A stretch of DNA of 64,000 nucleotides from Janthinobacterium lividum. Its GTDB lineage: Bacteria > Bacteroidota > Bacteroidia > Sphingobacteriales > Sphingobacteriaceae. A model generated the notes under the pieces. That model was not told the origin of the DNA. It saw nothing but the letters and a program-made list of their open reading frames with translations, and did no database searches. Shown here in pieces: positions 19,886 to 29,313 of this stretch. The translations under genes were made by a program, and so were the position numbers. How positions within the stretch are numbered: position 1 is the stretch's first letter; every line of letters starts with the position of its first letter. The DNA is taken from the NCBI GenBank assembly GCA_050954285.1, contig JBPBPL010000016.1, positions 4,858 to 68,857 of the forward strand. Reading direction: 5' to 3'.

Positions 19886-20611
19886 TTACTCAGCCATGTT
19901 ATGATAAACAGCCTGTACATCATCGTCTTCTTCCAGTTTGTCAATCAGTTTCATCACATCGGCAACCTGTTCTTCTGTTACGTCATGGTACGATTGTGCA
20001 ATGCGTTCCAATTTGGCACTTTTAGTTTCAATACCTTGTTCTTCCAGTGCTTTCTGCATTTTGCCAAAATCTTCATAAGCGGTGTGAATAACGGCAATAT
20101 CGTTTCCTTCTTCATCTGTTTCCACAAATAAATCTTCCAGTCCGGCATCAATCAATTCCAGTTCCAAATCATCCAGATCAACGTTTTTCGGCTCAAATGT
20201 AAAAACAGATTTACGGCTGAAAATAAAATCTAGGGAACCTGTTTTGCCCAGCGAACCATTGGTTTTGGTGAAGTAACTGCGCACATTGGCCACTGTTCTG
20301 TTGGTATTATCGGTAGCGGTTTCTACTAAAACAGCAACACCATGCGGCGCATAACCTTCGTAAACAATCTCTTCGTAGTTGGTTTCATCTTTGCTGGTTG
20401 CCCGCTTAATGGCCGCTTCCACACGGTCTTTCGGCATGTTTACCGCTTTGGCATTTTGCATAGCCGTGCGCAACCTGGAATTGGTATCCGGACTGCCACC
20501 CCCAGCTTTCACCGCCATCACAATTTCCTTGCCCAAACGCGTAAATTGTACGGCCATTTTGGCCCATCTTTTAAATTTCCGCTCTTTACGAAATTCAAAT
20601 GCTCTTCCCAT
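19886..20611 (-). CDS. yebC: YebC/PmpR-family transcriptional regulator
   Basis: MGRAFEFRKERKFKRWAKMA...GGSPDTNSRLR is the hallmark YebC N-terminus. Confidence 0.95.
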   Translation of the reverse strand: MGRAFEFRKERKFKRWAKMAVQFTRLGKEIVMAVKAGGGSPDTNSRLRTAMQNAKAVNMPKDRVEAAIKRATSKDETNYEEIVYEGYAPHGVAVLVETATDNTNRTVANVRSYFTKTNGSLGKTGSLDFIFSRKSVFTFEPKNVDLDDLELELIDAGLEDLFVETDEEGNDIAVIHTAYEDFGKMQKALEEQGIETKSAKLERIAQSYHDVTEEQVADVMKLIDKLEEDDDVQAVYHNMAE

Positions 20612-20723
20612 TTATATTTTATTGTTGAGGATTAATAGTTTATAGATCATGGTTGATAGATTTCCGCGATCTGCAGCAAAGTTAAAAATTTGTGCTGAAC
20701 GGTTTTAATTTGAATAAATGCTG

Positions 20724-20737
20724 ATGCTTCTTTTATC
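20724..20737 (+). repeat. family-A motif copy, yebC/asd divergent intergenic region
   Basis: ATGCTTCTTTTATCGACTAAAAATTGG. Confidence 0.92.
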
Positions 20738-20829
20738 GACTAAAAATTGGTGTTTCCGTTGATTTGGCCTACACAAAAGCAAAATCTTTTGCATATTTGG
20801 CTAATTAAAATCCATTTATAGTTAAACAA

Positions 20830-21843
20830 ATGAAAGTAGCAGTAGTAGGCGCCACCGGTTTGGTGGGAACGAAAATGTTGCAGGTTCTGGCAGAACGCAA
20901 CTTCCCCGTAACAGAATTAATTCCTGTAGCATCAGAAAAAAGTATTGGTAAGGAAGTTGAGTTTAAGGGAAAGCAGTACAAAGTAGTTTCAGCAGAAACC
21001 GCGATCAGCCAGAAACCGGATATTGCATTATTTTCTGCCGGCGGAAGCACTTCATTGCAGCAGGCGCCGCTTTTTGCAGCAGCCGGAATCACCGTAATTG
21101 ATAATTCATCAGCATGGCGCATGGATCCAACTAAAAAACTGGTTGTTCCCGAAGTTAATGCTGACGTTTTAACTGCAGAAGATAAAATCATTGCGAATCC
21201 CAATTGCTCAACCATACAAATGGTTGTGGCATTAAAACCGTTGCACGATGCTTACAAAATTAAGCGTGTGGTGGTTTCTACTTATCAATCTGTAACCGGA
21301 ACTGGCGTAAAAGCAGTGGAGCAGTTGATGAACGAGCGCAAAGGGATTGACGGCCCAATGGCTTATCCATATAAAATCGATTTAAACGTGTTGCCTCAAA
21401 TTGATGTTTTTACAGAGAATGGCTATACCAAAGAGGAGATGAAAATGATCCTGGAAACCCAAAAAATCATGGGCGACGATAGTATCAAAGTTACCGCAAC
21501 TACAGTTCGGATTCCGGTTATGGGCGGTCACTCAGAATCTGTAAATATTGAGTTTGAAAAGGATTTTGATTTATCCGAAGTAAAAGAATTATTGGAAAAA
21601 GCGCCAGGCGTTGTTGTGGTGGATGATGTTGCGAATCTGAAATATCCGATGCCGCTGGATGCACATGAAAAAGATGACGTTTTTGTAGGAAGAATCCGCA
21701 GAGATGAAAGTCAGGACAATACGCTTAATTGCTGGATCGTTTCTGATAATTTGCGGAAAGGTGCAGCAACAAATGCCATCCAGATTGCAGAATATTTAAT
21801 GGCAAACCATTTAATTGGCGAGCCACAAGAAATAGAAGGATAA
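20830..21843 (+). CDS. asd: aspartate-semialdehyde dehydrogenase
   Basis: MKVAVVGATGLVG... and the NPNCSTIQMV active-site Cys motif. Length and organisation are typical. Confidence 0.95.
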   Translation: MKVAVVGATGLVGTKMLQVLAERNFPVTELIPVASEKSIGKEVEFKGKQYKVVSAETAISQKPDIALFSAGGSTSLQQAPLFAAAGITVIDNSSAWRMDPTKKLVVPEVNADVLTAEDKIIANPNCSTIQMVVALKPLHDAYKIKRVVVSTYQSVTGTGVKAVEQLMNERKGIDGPMAYPYKIDLNVLPQIDVFTENGYTKEEMKMILETQKIMGDDSIKVTATTVRIPVMGGHSESVNIEFEKDFDLSEVKELLEKAPGVVVVDDVANLKYPMPLDAHEKDDVFVGRIRRDESQDNTLNCWIVSDNLRKGAATNAIQIAEYLMANHLIGEPQEIEG

Positions 21844-21852
21844 AAACAGTAT
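21839..21852 (-). repeat. family-B variant motif copy overlapping the asd stop codon
   Basis: GATAAAAACAGTAT. Reverse complement reads ATACTGTTTTTATC. Confidence 0.85.
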
Positions 21853-21864
21853 GCAAAATTGCAA

Positions 21865-21896
21865 AGGGCGATAAGATAATCTTGTCGCCCTTTTTA
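21865..21896 (+). terminator. rho-independent terminator after asd
   Basis: AGGGCGATAAG-ATAAT-CTTGTCGCCCT (one G-U pair) followed by TTTTT. Confidence 0.75.
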
Positions 21897-21912
21897 CGTC
21901 AATAAAAACAGC

Positions 21913-22806
21913 ATGATCGCTATCACGCATCAAATTTTCCTGGAAGTTGCCGCGCATTTAAGTTTTTCTAAAGCTTCCAAAGCTTTGTTTATCAGTCAGC
22001 CTGCGGTAAGCAAGCAGATTAAAATATTGGAAGATCAGTACAAATTGGCTTTATTTGAACGCAAAGGCAACTCCATTTTAATTACCGAAGCCGGACAAAA
22101 GCTTTACCAGTATTTGCTGGAAGCGCGTGAAATAGAGAAGAAAATCGAGTTTGATCTGTTAACCCTAAGTAAAGGAGCGGATGCTTCCGCTTTTTTAAAA
22201 TTAGGTGCAAGCACAACTATTGCCCTGTACGTTTTGCCTTCAATTCTATCCGGTTTTCAGGAAAAATTTCCCAATATCGATATCCAATTGGTCAACCGAA
22301 ATTCTGAAAACGTAATGAATGCTTTGTTGAATCATGAAATTGATGTTGGTATTATTGAGGTGGAAAATAAACTGACCACCGTTTCTTACCAGCATTTTAT
22401 GAATGATGAAGTCATTGCTGTTTGTTCTAAAAAAAGTTCTCTGGCCGGAAAAAGCTTAGCGATAGAAGAATTAAAAGCTGTTCCACTGGCTTTACGCGAA
22501 CGTGGTTCGGGAACATTACACGCACTTTTGCACGAACTTGCAAATCATCATATCAAACCATCAGATTTAAAAGTTAAAATTCGATTAGGCGGAACAGAAG
22601 CACTGAAAAACTTTTTACTGGCCGATGAATGCCTTGGGTTTTTGCCTCGTCCTTCTATTTCGCGTGAATTAAATTCGGGAGAACTGGTAGAAGTTCCGGT
22701 TGTCGGTTTACAAATTAAACGCGAGTTCTATTTTATCCGCAGAAAAGGAAGCGAAGAATATGGTTTAACAAAGCAATTTATTCGTTATTGCAAACAATCA
22801 TTATAA
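21913..22806 (+). CDS. LysR-family transcriptional regulator
   Basis: N-terminal wHTH LSFSKASKALFISQPAVSKQIKILE followed by a LysR substrate-binding domain. Confidence 0.9.
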   Translation: MIAITHQIFLEVAAHLSFSKASKALFISQPAVSKQIKILEDQYKLALFERKGNSILITEAGQKLYQYLLEAREIEKKIEFDLLTLSKGADASAFLKLGASTTIALYVLPSILSGFQEKFPNIDIQLVNRNSENVMNALLNHEIDVGIIEVENKLTTVSYQHFMNDEVIAVCSKKSSLAGKSLAIEELKAVPLALRERGSGTLHALLHELANHHIKPSDLKVKIRLGGTEALKNFLLADECLGFLPRPSISRELNSGELVEVPVVGLQIKREFYFIRRKGSEEYGLTKQFIRYCKQSL

Positions 22807-22871
22807 CTTTTAATTATAGCTCATGCAATAATTATATATGCTTGGTAATAATGCGGCAGCTATTTTTGTAG

Positions 22872-24056
22872 ATGCAAACAACACTTCAAAGCATTTCCCT
22901 TGCTACTAATTTAATTTGCTCTAACTGTAAATTAAGTTACGATATACATCAGCTTCATACTTTTTCTCCCTGCTGCACCAAACCTTTTTTGGTAGAATAT
23001 GATCTTTCTGCTGCTCCGGAAAAAGAGGAATTAAAAGATCGCCGCCAGGATATGTGGCGTTATCAGGAATTCTTACCTGTTTTCGAACCAGAAAATATCG
23101 TTTCTTTAGGAGAAGGATTTACGCCGACCCGTTTTTTTGAAACTTTTGAAAACGTAAAATTTTATCTAAAAGACGAAAGCTATAATCCTTCCGGCTCTTT
23201 TAAAGCGCGTGGAATTGGCATGGCGGTTTCTAAAGCAAAAGAATTTGGAATTACACATTGCATCGTACCAACTGCTGGAAATGCGGGTGGCGCACTCGCC
23301 GTTTTTTGTGCAAAAGCCGGCATTAAAGCAACCGTAGTAATGCCAAGCCATACGCCAGCAATTTTTATTCAGGAATGCGAATTGCACGGTGCAGAAGTAG
23401 TTTTAATCGATGGTTTGATTAGCGATTGCGGAAAAAAAGTAGCCGAAATTAAACAGCAAACCGGTGCTTACGATATTTCTACCTTAAAAGAACCTTATCG
23501 CATTGAAGGTAAAAAAACGATGGGTTATGAAATTGCAGAACATTTTAACTGGCAGCTTCCTGATGTTATTATTTACCCAACCGGCGGCGGAACGGGTTTA
23601 ATTGGTATTTGGAAAGCTTTTCAGGAAATGCAGCAAATGGGCTGGATTAACTGCGCTTTGCCAAGAATGGTTGCCGTACAATCTGAAGCTTGCCAGCCAG
23701 TTGTTAAAACGTATGCTTCTTTTACCGGACAAAAAAACGAGTATGATCTTCCCGGAGCTTCTGTAGCAAATGGTTTGGCCGTTCCTTTTCCTTTCGGAAT
23801 GGATTTGATGATGGAAGTTTTAACAGCATCCAACGGAACAGCAGTTGCGGTGAGCGAAGAAGATATTATCAACACAACCAAAAAAGCTGCCCGCGAAAAA
23901 GGCGTTTTGCTGGCACCGGAAGGTGCTGCCGTGTGGAAAGCAGCTCAGGATTTAATTAAAACAGGCTGGATTGCAGCAAATGAAAAAGTGCTGATTTTAA
24001 ATACCGGAACTGGTTATAAATACCTTGATAATATTATTGAGCGCCCAAAAAGCTAA
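22872..24056 (+). CDS. threonine-synthase-like PLP-dependent enzyme with N-terminal Cys-rich ribbon
   Basis: SGSFKARG PLP-lysine motif, a GGGTGLIG glycine loop, and an N-terminal CSNC...CC segment. Confidence 0.8.
   Translation: MQTTLQSISLATNLICSNCKLSYDIHQLHTFSPCCTKPFLVEYDLSAAPEKEELKDRRQDMWRYQEFLPVFEPENIVSLGEGFTPTRFFETFENVKFYLKDESYNPSGSFKARGIGMAVSKAKEFGITHCIVPTAGNAGGALAVFCAKAGIKATVVMPSHTPAIFIQECELHGAEVVLIDGLISDCGKKVAEIKQQTGAYDISTLKEPYRIEGKKTMGYEIAEHFNWQLPDVIIYPTGGGTGLIGIWKAFQEMQQMGWINCALPRMVAVQSEACQPVVKTYASFTGQKNEYDLPGASVANGLAVPFPFGMDLMMEVLTASNGTAVAVSEEDIINTTKKAAREKGVLLAPEGAAVWKAAQDLIKTGWIAANEKVLILNTGTGYKYLDNIIERPKS
23713..23726 (+). repeat. family-A motif copy inside the ThrC-like CDS
   Basis: ATGCTTCTTTTACCGGACAAAAAAAC, read as Y-A-S-F-T-G-Q-K-N. 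Confidence 0.9.
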
Positions 24057-24146
24057 ATTTAATAATATCTAAAACTAACTTTTTGGCCAACTGTATTTAT
24101 TTTAATCAATTTAAAAAAAGCTGATTTTAATTTAAAATAAAAAGTT

Positions 24147-24731
24147 ATGGCTGATTTAAGTAATAAAAAAGTAGCAATATTAACCGAAGAAGGTTTTGAG
24201 CAAGTAGAATTAACAAGCCCGCAGCAGGCACTGAAAGATGCTGGTGCAACAGTGCACGTAATCTCTCCCGAAGGCGGCGAAATTAAAGCCTGGGACAAAA
24301 CAGATTGGGGAATTACCATTACCGCCGATAAAAAACTGACCGATGTGAGTCCCGATGATTACGATGCTTTGGTATTGCCAGGCGGCGTTTTAAACCCGGA
24401 TAAATTGCGTCAGGATAAAGATGCGGTAGCTTTTGTTTCTGCGTTTTTAGATGAAGGAAAACCGGTTGCAGCGATTTGCCACGGGCCGCAAACGCTGATT
24501 GAAACCGGCATGATTAGCGGCAGAACAATGACCTCTTATCCATCTCTACAAACGGATTTAAAAAATGCCGGTGTAAATTGGGTTGACGAGGAAGTGGTAA
24601 CCGATCAGGGTTTGATAACCAGCCGTACACCGGATGATTTGCCTGCTTTCAACAAAAAAATGATTGAGGAAATTTTAGAAGGCCAGCACGATGTGCCGGA
24701 AGTGCACCATTCTCCGGGACAGGAAATCTAA
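24147..24731 (+). CDS. DJ-1/PfpI-family protein (type 1 glutamine amidotransferase-like)
   Basis: VAAICHGPQ nucleophile elbow and VLPGG motif. Confidence 0.9.
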   Translation: MADLSNKKVAILTEEGFEQVELTSPQQALKDAGATVHVISPEGGEIKAWDKTDWGITITADKKLTDVSPDDYDALVLPGGVLNPDKLRQDKDAVAFVSAFLDEGKPVAAICHGPQTLIETGMISGRTMTSYPSLQTDLKNAGVNWVDEEVVTDQGLITSRTPDDLPAFNKKMIEEILEGQHDVPEVHHSPGQEI

Positions 24732-24740
24732 AAAAACATT

Positions 24741-24754
24741 GATAAAAACAGTAT
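24741..24754 (-). repeat. family-B variant motif copy after the DJ-1/PfpI stop
   Basis: Reverse complement reads ATACTGTTTTTATCAATGTTTTTTTAG. The extension is shared with the 47249 copy. Confidence 0.88.
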
Positions 24755-24760
24755 TAAAAA

Positions 24761-24790
24761 AGCAGGATCAATAACGGTTCTGCTTTTTTG
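24761..24790 (+). terminator. rho-independent terminator after the DJ-1/PfpI gene
   Basis: AGCAGGATC-AATAAC-GGTTCTGCT (9 bp with two wobble pairs) followed by TTTTTT. Confidence 0.65.
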
Positions 24791-24809
24791 TTGCTCTATA
24801 TTTGCTTCA

Positions 24810-26288
24810 ATGTCGAACCCTAAAAAAGCAATTGTTATCGGTACCGGAATTGCCGGAATTGCAACTTCCATCCGTTTGGCATTAAAAGGTTTTTCGGTAG
24901 AGGTTTTTGAAGCAAATAATTATCCCGGCGGAAAACTCGCAGAGATTAATCAGGATGGTTATCGGTTTGATGCCGGCCCGAGTTTGTTCACGATGCCGCA
25001 ATATGTGGATGAATTGTTTCGGCTGGCCGGAGAAAAACCAAATGCTTCTTTTACCTACCAAAAATTGGATTTAGTTTGCCGTTACTTTTATGAAGACGGA
25101 ACCTGCCTTGACGCTTTTAACAACGAAAATATTTTTGCGGAAGAAATTAGCCGAAAAACAAACGATCAGCCGGAAACGATCAAAAAATATCTTCAAAACA
25201 GCAAGCGCATTTACCAGATTACCAATCATGTTTTTCTGGAAAAATCATTGCACCGGCTCAAAACTTATTTAAACTGGCAAACGCTGAAATCAGTTTTAAG
25301 ATTACGGCAAATTGATGCATTCCGCTCGATGCACCGCGCCAACAATACTTTTTTTACCGACGAAAAAATGGTGCAATATGCGGATCGGTTTGCTACTTAT
25401 AATGGTTCCAATCCTTACAAAGCTCCGGCAACGCTCAACGTTATTCCGCATTTGGAACAGCATTTTGGTGCTTATTTTCCGGATGGCGGCATGTATCAGA
25501 TTACGCTTTCTTTGATTGCTTTGGCCGAAAGATTGGGCGTAAAATTCAATTATAATTCTCCGGTAAAAAAAATCATTATCGAAAAAAGGCAGGTAAAAGG
25601 AGTATTAGTGAAAGGTGAAACGGTTGCGGCTGATATCGTTATTTCTAATTCGGATGTTTATTTTACTTATAAAAAGCTGCTTTCAGATCATCCAAAATTG
25701 TTGCCAAAACGAATTTTAAAACAGGAACGGAGCAGTTCCGCCTTGATTTTTTATTGGGGAATTAATAAAACTTTTCCGCAGCTGGATTTGCATAATATTT
25801 TTTTCAGCGGAGATTATCAACAAGAGTTTGAGCATATCTGGCAGCAAAAAAACATCAGTAATGATCCTACTGTTTATCTTAACATCAGTTCTAAATACGA
25901 AGTGAAAGATGCTCCTGAAGGTTGCGAAAACTGGTTTACGATGATTAATGTTCCGGCAAACCAGGGCCAGAATTGGGATAAATTGATTGCAGAAGCACGG
26001 GAAAATATCATCAAAAAACTCTCCAAAGCTTTGGGCGAAGACATTAGCAAATTAATTGTTTGCGAAAGTATTTTGGATCCGCGCAGCATCGAAAGCAAAA
26101 CCTCATCTTATCAGGGTTCTTTGTACGGAACAAGTTCTAACAATCAGTTTGCAGCATTTTTACGGCATTCCAACAAATCTTCTAAAGTTAAAAATTTGTT
26201 TTTTTGTGGTGGAAGCGTGCATCCGGGCGGCGGTATTCCGTTGGCTTTGTTGTCAGCCAAAATTGTGAGCGACTGGGTTTCTGCCTAA
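24810..26288 (+). CDS. phytoene desaturase-family FAD-dependent oxidoreductase (CrtI/CrtD-like)
   Basis: N-terminal AIVIGTGIAGIA...FEANNYPGGK dinucleotide fold and C-terminal FFCGGSVHPGGGIP motif. Confidence 0.85.
   Translation: MSNPKKAIVIGTGIAGIATSIRLALKGFSVEVFEANNYPGGKLAEINQDGYRFDAGPSLFTMPQYVDELFRLAGEKPNASFTYQKLDLVCRYFYEDGTCLDAFNNENIFAEEISRKTNDQPETIKKYLQNSKRIYQITNHVFLEKSLHRLKTYLNWQTLKSVLRLRQIDAFRSMHRANNTFFTDEKMVQYADRFATYNGSNPYKAPATLNVIPHLEQHFGAYFPDGGMYQITLSLIALAERLGVKFNYNSPVKKIIIEKRQVKGVLVKGETVAADIVISNSDVYFTYKKLLSDHPKLLPKRILKQERSSSALIFYWGINKTFPQLDLHNIFFSGDYQQEFEHIWQQKNISNDPTVYLNISSKYEVKDAPEGCENWFTMINVPANQGQNWDKLIAEARENIIKKLSKALGEDISKLIVCESILDPRSIESKTSSYQGSLYGTSSNNQFAAFLRHSNKSSKVKNLFFCGGSVHPGGGIPLALLSAKIVSDWVSA
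25042..25055 (+). repeat. family-A motif copy inside the CrtI-like CDS
   Basis: ATGCTTCTTTTACCTACCAAAAATTGG, read as N-A-S-F-T-Y-Q-K-L. Confidence 0.92.
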
Positions 26289-26385
26289 ATAATTCTGCTT
26301 ATTCGTAGGATTTGGAATCGATTAGATCGAAAATTGCATTTCAAAAATTACCTTTATCGTTTGAGTTTGTAATTTTATTATCCAA

Positions 26386-27732
26386 ATGAAACCTTACCAA
26401 TGGCATATTTTATGGCGAATACTGCTTTTGCCGCTTACTTTTGGCACGGCGGCTTACGTAGGTTTTCATTTCGGTTTTCATTATGCAATACTGTTTTTAC
26501 CGGTGTTTTTTTGGCAACTGAGTGATCTGTATTTTTTTCAGCATAAAACCCACAAAGAGTTGCAGCAATTTGTAGAAGCGATCCATTACCGCGATTTTTC
26601 GCGTCATTTTGATGCCAAAAATACTTCGGCCAATTTGCAGGTGCTGCGCCAGGGTTTTAACGAGATCAACTCGACTTTTAAAACGATTTCGCGGGAGAAG
26701 GAAACGCAATATCAATACCTGCAAAAAATACTGGAACTGGTGGGCACGGGCATTATTTCTTACGAAGCATTGACTGGTAATGTGCAGTGGATGAACGAGT
26801 CGCTGAAAAATATGCTGCATTTGCCGTATCTCAAAACCATTCATTCTCTGGAAAAACGAGATGAAGAATTATATCACGAAATCATCAATTTAAAAAGCAG
26901 CGAAACTAAAATTGCCACTGCTCGAACCGAAAAAACAACTTTCAAAATGCTGCTTTCGGCTACAGCTTTTCAAACGGAAGGAAAAGTTTTCCGGCTGATT
27001 GCTTTTCAGAATGTGGATGAGGCTTTGGATGAAACCGAATCCCGAGCGTGGCAAAAACTGCTTGGCGTGATGACGCATGAAATTATGAATTCTATCGCGC
27101 CGATTTCTTCTTTGGCGCATACTTTAAAAAACCGTTTGCAGGAAGCCAATGCTTCTTTTAGCACCCAAAAATCCGAACCGGCTTTGCTGGAAGATTTGGA
27201 ACTGGGCATTGATACCATTCAGCGTAGGAGCGAAGGGCTGCTTAAATTTGCCGAAACTTATCGTAACCTCAATAAAATCACCACTTTAAATGTTGAAAAA
27301 ATTTTTGTGCGGGATTTGTTCGAGAGCCTGAATACTTTGCTGGAACCAACTTTAAATCAGAAAAATATTGAGCTGGACATCATCCTGAAAGATCCGGCCA
27401 TAACGATTGAAGTTGACCCGAATTTGATGGAACAGGTGCTGATCAACTTACTGGTCAACGCGATTGAAGCGGTGAAAGATCAGCCCGAACCACAAATCGT
27501 TTTGTCGGCTTCGGTATTAAAGGATAAAAAAACAGTGCTAAAAATAGCAGACAACGGCACAGGCATGTCCGAAGATGTGCAGGAACAAATATTCGTTCCG
27601 TTTTTCAGTACCAAAAAAACAGGTAGCGGTATCGGTTTGAGTTTATGCAAGCAGATTATGCTGCTGCATAAAGCGCATATTTCGGTACAATCGGTGGAAG
27701 GGGAAGGGACGGCGTTTTTGCTGGTGTTTTAG
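26386..27732 (+). CDS. sensor histidine kinase
   Basis: Two N-terminal TM segments, H-box GVMTHEIMNSIAPI, N-box LLVNAIEA, G-boxes DNGTGM and GSGIGLSL. Confidence 0.9.
   Translation: MKPYQWHILWRILLLPLTFGTAAYVGFHFGFHYAILFLPVFFWQLSDLYFFQHKTHKELQQFVEAIHYRDFSRHFDAKNTSANLQVLRQGFNEINSTFKTISREKETQYQYLQKILELVGTGIISYEALTGNVQWMNESLKNMLHLPYLKTIHSLEKRDEELYHEIINLKSSETKIATARTEKTTFKMLLSATAFQTEGKVFRLIAFQNVDEALDETESRAWQKLLGVMTHEIMNSIAPISSLAHTLKNRLQEANASFSTQKSEPALLEDLELGIDTIQRRSEGLLKFAETYRNLNKITTLNVEKIFVRDLFESLNTLLEPTLNQKNIELDIILKDPAITIEVDPNLMEQVLINLLVNAIEAVKDQPEPQIVLSASVLKDKKTVLKIADNGTGMSEDVQEQIFVPFFSTKKTGSGIGLSLCKQIMLLHKAHISVQSVEGEGTAFLLVF
27149..27162 (+). repeat. family-A motif copy inside the histidine kinase CDS
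   Basis: ATGCTTCTTTTAGCACCCAAAAATCC, read as N-A-S-F-S-T-Q-K-S. Confidence 0.88.
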
Positions 27733-27774
27733 TTCAATTAATGTTTGTACTTTTAAGGATAAATAGATCAGAAA

Positions 27775-28341
27775 TTGCCAAATCTTTATATCATTTCGGG
27801 TTGTAACGGTGCTGGCAGAACAACCGCATCTTTCACTATTTTGCCTGAAATGTTCGATTGCAAAGAGTTTGTAAATGCAGATGAAATTGCCAAAGGTATT
27901 TCACCTTTCCAGCCTGAAAAAGTTTCTTTTTTAGCCGGAAGAATTATGCTGGAAAGGATAAATGAACTTTTAGAACAAAACGTAGATTTTGCAATTGAAA
28001 CCACTTTAACTACGCTTTCTTATCAGAAAACGATTGAATTGGCAAAGCGAAAAGGTTACCATATTACCTTATTGTTTTTTTGGCTGAATGACGTAAATTT
28101 AGCTGTTGAAAGAGTGAAAATGAGAGTTGCAGAAGGTGGCCATCATATTCCGGAAGAAGTAATTGTTCGGCGTTATTATAAAGGAATTTACAATCTTCAT
28201 ACTACTTTTATAGGATTGAGTGATTACTGGACTGTATTAGATAATTCCCATAAACTAAATACACTAGTTGCGGAAGGTATAACTACTACTGAAATTATTA
28301 TTTATGATGCAGAAATATGGAAAATAATAAAATCGAAGTGA
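27775..28341 (+). CDS. zeta-toxin / COG4185-like P-loop kinase-fold protein (Walker A Lys replaced by Arg)
   Basis: TTG is the first start after the in-frame stop at 27760-27762. The P-loop is ISGCNGAGRTT. Size and layout fit the zeta/AAA_33-like family. Confidence 0.7.
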   Translation: MPNLYIISGCNGAGRTTASFTILPEMFDCKEFVNADEIAKGISPFQPEKVSFLAGRIMLERINELLEQNVDFAIETTLTTLSYQKTIELAKRKGYHITLLFFWLNDVNLAVERVKMRVAEGGHHIPEEVIVRRYYKGIYNLHTTFIGLSDYWTVLDNSHKLNTLVAEGITTTEIIIYDAEIWKIIKSK

Positions 28342-28508
28342 AACGATTAATTGATCCAGCTATAGTTGAATTGAAGGAAAAGATAAAAATTGGTTTAGAA
28401 TTATCTTTCAAAAACCTCGTAAAACATAAATGTCAAACCGGTGGTACTTTTGTTTTTTCTGAAAACGGTGTGATTAGAAAAATTAAAGCTGAAGATATAA
28501 CAGAATAA
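28317..28508 (+). CDS. small hypothetical protein (63 aa), overlaps the 3' end of the P-loop gene by 25 nt
   Basis: ATG lies inside the upstream gene's last codons, a coupling geometry. I recognise no family. Confidence 0.45.
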   Translation: MENNKIEVKRLIDPAIVELKEKIKIGLELSFKNLVKHKCQTGGTFVFSENGVIRKIKAEDITE

Positions 28509-28544
28509 TAATAAAACAATGTTTATTAAATAGAGGAAAGCCTT

Positions 28545-29222
28545 ATGCCGAAGGAACCAGATAATATTCAACATTATGAATTACTTAAAATCATATTAGA
28601 TTTTATTGGAACAGTTATTTGGCCTATTATAATTGTCATCCTTGTTTCTTTGTTTAAAACTCAAATTCGCGAATTCTTTACAAGAGCAAAAAAATTAGAA
28701 CTTCCGGGAGGGTTTTCAGTTGAAATTGAAAATGATATTCAACAAGCAAAAGAATTAGCAACTGAAATTAAAACAGATAGGAAACCTGAAATTGAAAAAT
28801 TTATAAAAGAAAAAGGAGTACGATTCCAAAGTGATGCTAATATGAAAATGCTTCAATTAGGATTAACTCCCTCACCTAGTGGCCTTGATTTAAATTATTA
28901 TAAATCTATAAGTGAAACAGATCCAAGATTGGCTATTGTTGGATTGAGGTCAGACTTGGAAATTATGCTTAGAAATCTTGCAAAAGGATTTAGTATATCA
29001 ATTAAAGAGAAAGATTCTGCAGCAAAAATTGTCTCACTATTATATGAAAATGGTGCAATTACGTCTAAACAATTTGAATTTATGAATACTTTATTTCGGA
29101 TTGGAAATGCTGCAGCTCATGGCATTCAAATCTCTCGCGAGCAAACAATTGAAGTTTTAGAAATTGCTGAAGTTTTAGTCAAAGATTATATCGCTTGGCT
29201 CTACTGGGGATTTCGAAAATAA
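28545..29222 (+). CDS. membrane-anchored DUF4145-like (HEPN-type Rx6H) protein
   Basis: N-terminal TM segment LLKIILDFIGTVIWPIIIVILVSLF. The C-terminal LRSDLE...LFRIGNAAAHG matches the DUF4145 signature, with R185-x6-H192 at 29097-29120. Confidence 0.65.
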   Translation: MPKEPDNIQHYELLKIILDFIGTVIWPIIIVILVSLFKTQIREFFTRAKKLELPGGFSVEIENDIQQAKELATEIKTDRKPEIEKFIKEKGVRFQSDANMKMLQLGLTPSPSGLDLNYYKSISETDPRLAIVGLRSDLEIMLRNLAKGFSISIKEKDSAAKIVSLLYENGAITSKQFEFMNTLFRIGNAAAHGIQISREQTIEVLEIAEVLVKDYIAWLYWGFRK

Positions 29223-29246
29223 ACAAATGGTTTACAGAAAATACAA

Positions 29247-29277
29247 AAAAGGAGCTTCCCTTCGGAAACTCCTTTTA
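29247..29277. terminator. bidirectional terminator between the convergent 28545 ORF and clpB
   Basis: AAAAAA-GGAGCTTCC-CTTC-GGAAACTCC-TTTT, with an A-run and a T-run flanking the stem. Confidence 0.7.
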
Positions 29278-29284
29278 AAATCAC

Positions 29285-29298
29285 ATACTTCTTTTACC
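29285..29298 (+). repeat. family-A motif copy between the convergent 28545 ORF and clpB
   Basis: ATACTTCTTTTACCACCTATTTTTCAG. Confidence 0.88.
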
Positions 29299-29313
29299 AC
29301 CTATTTTTCAGTA

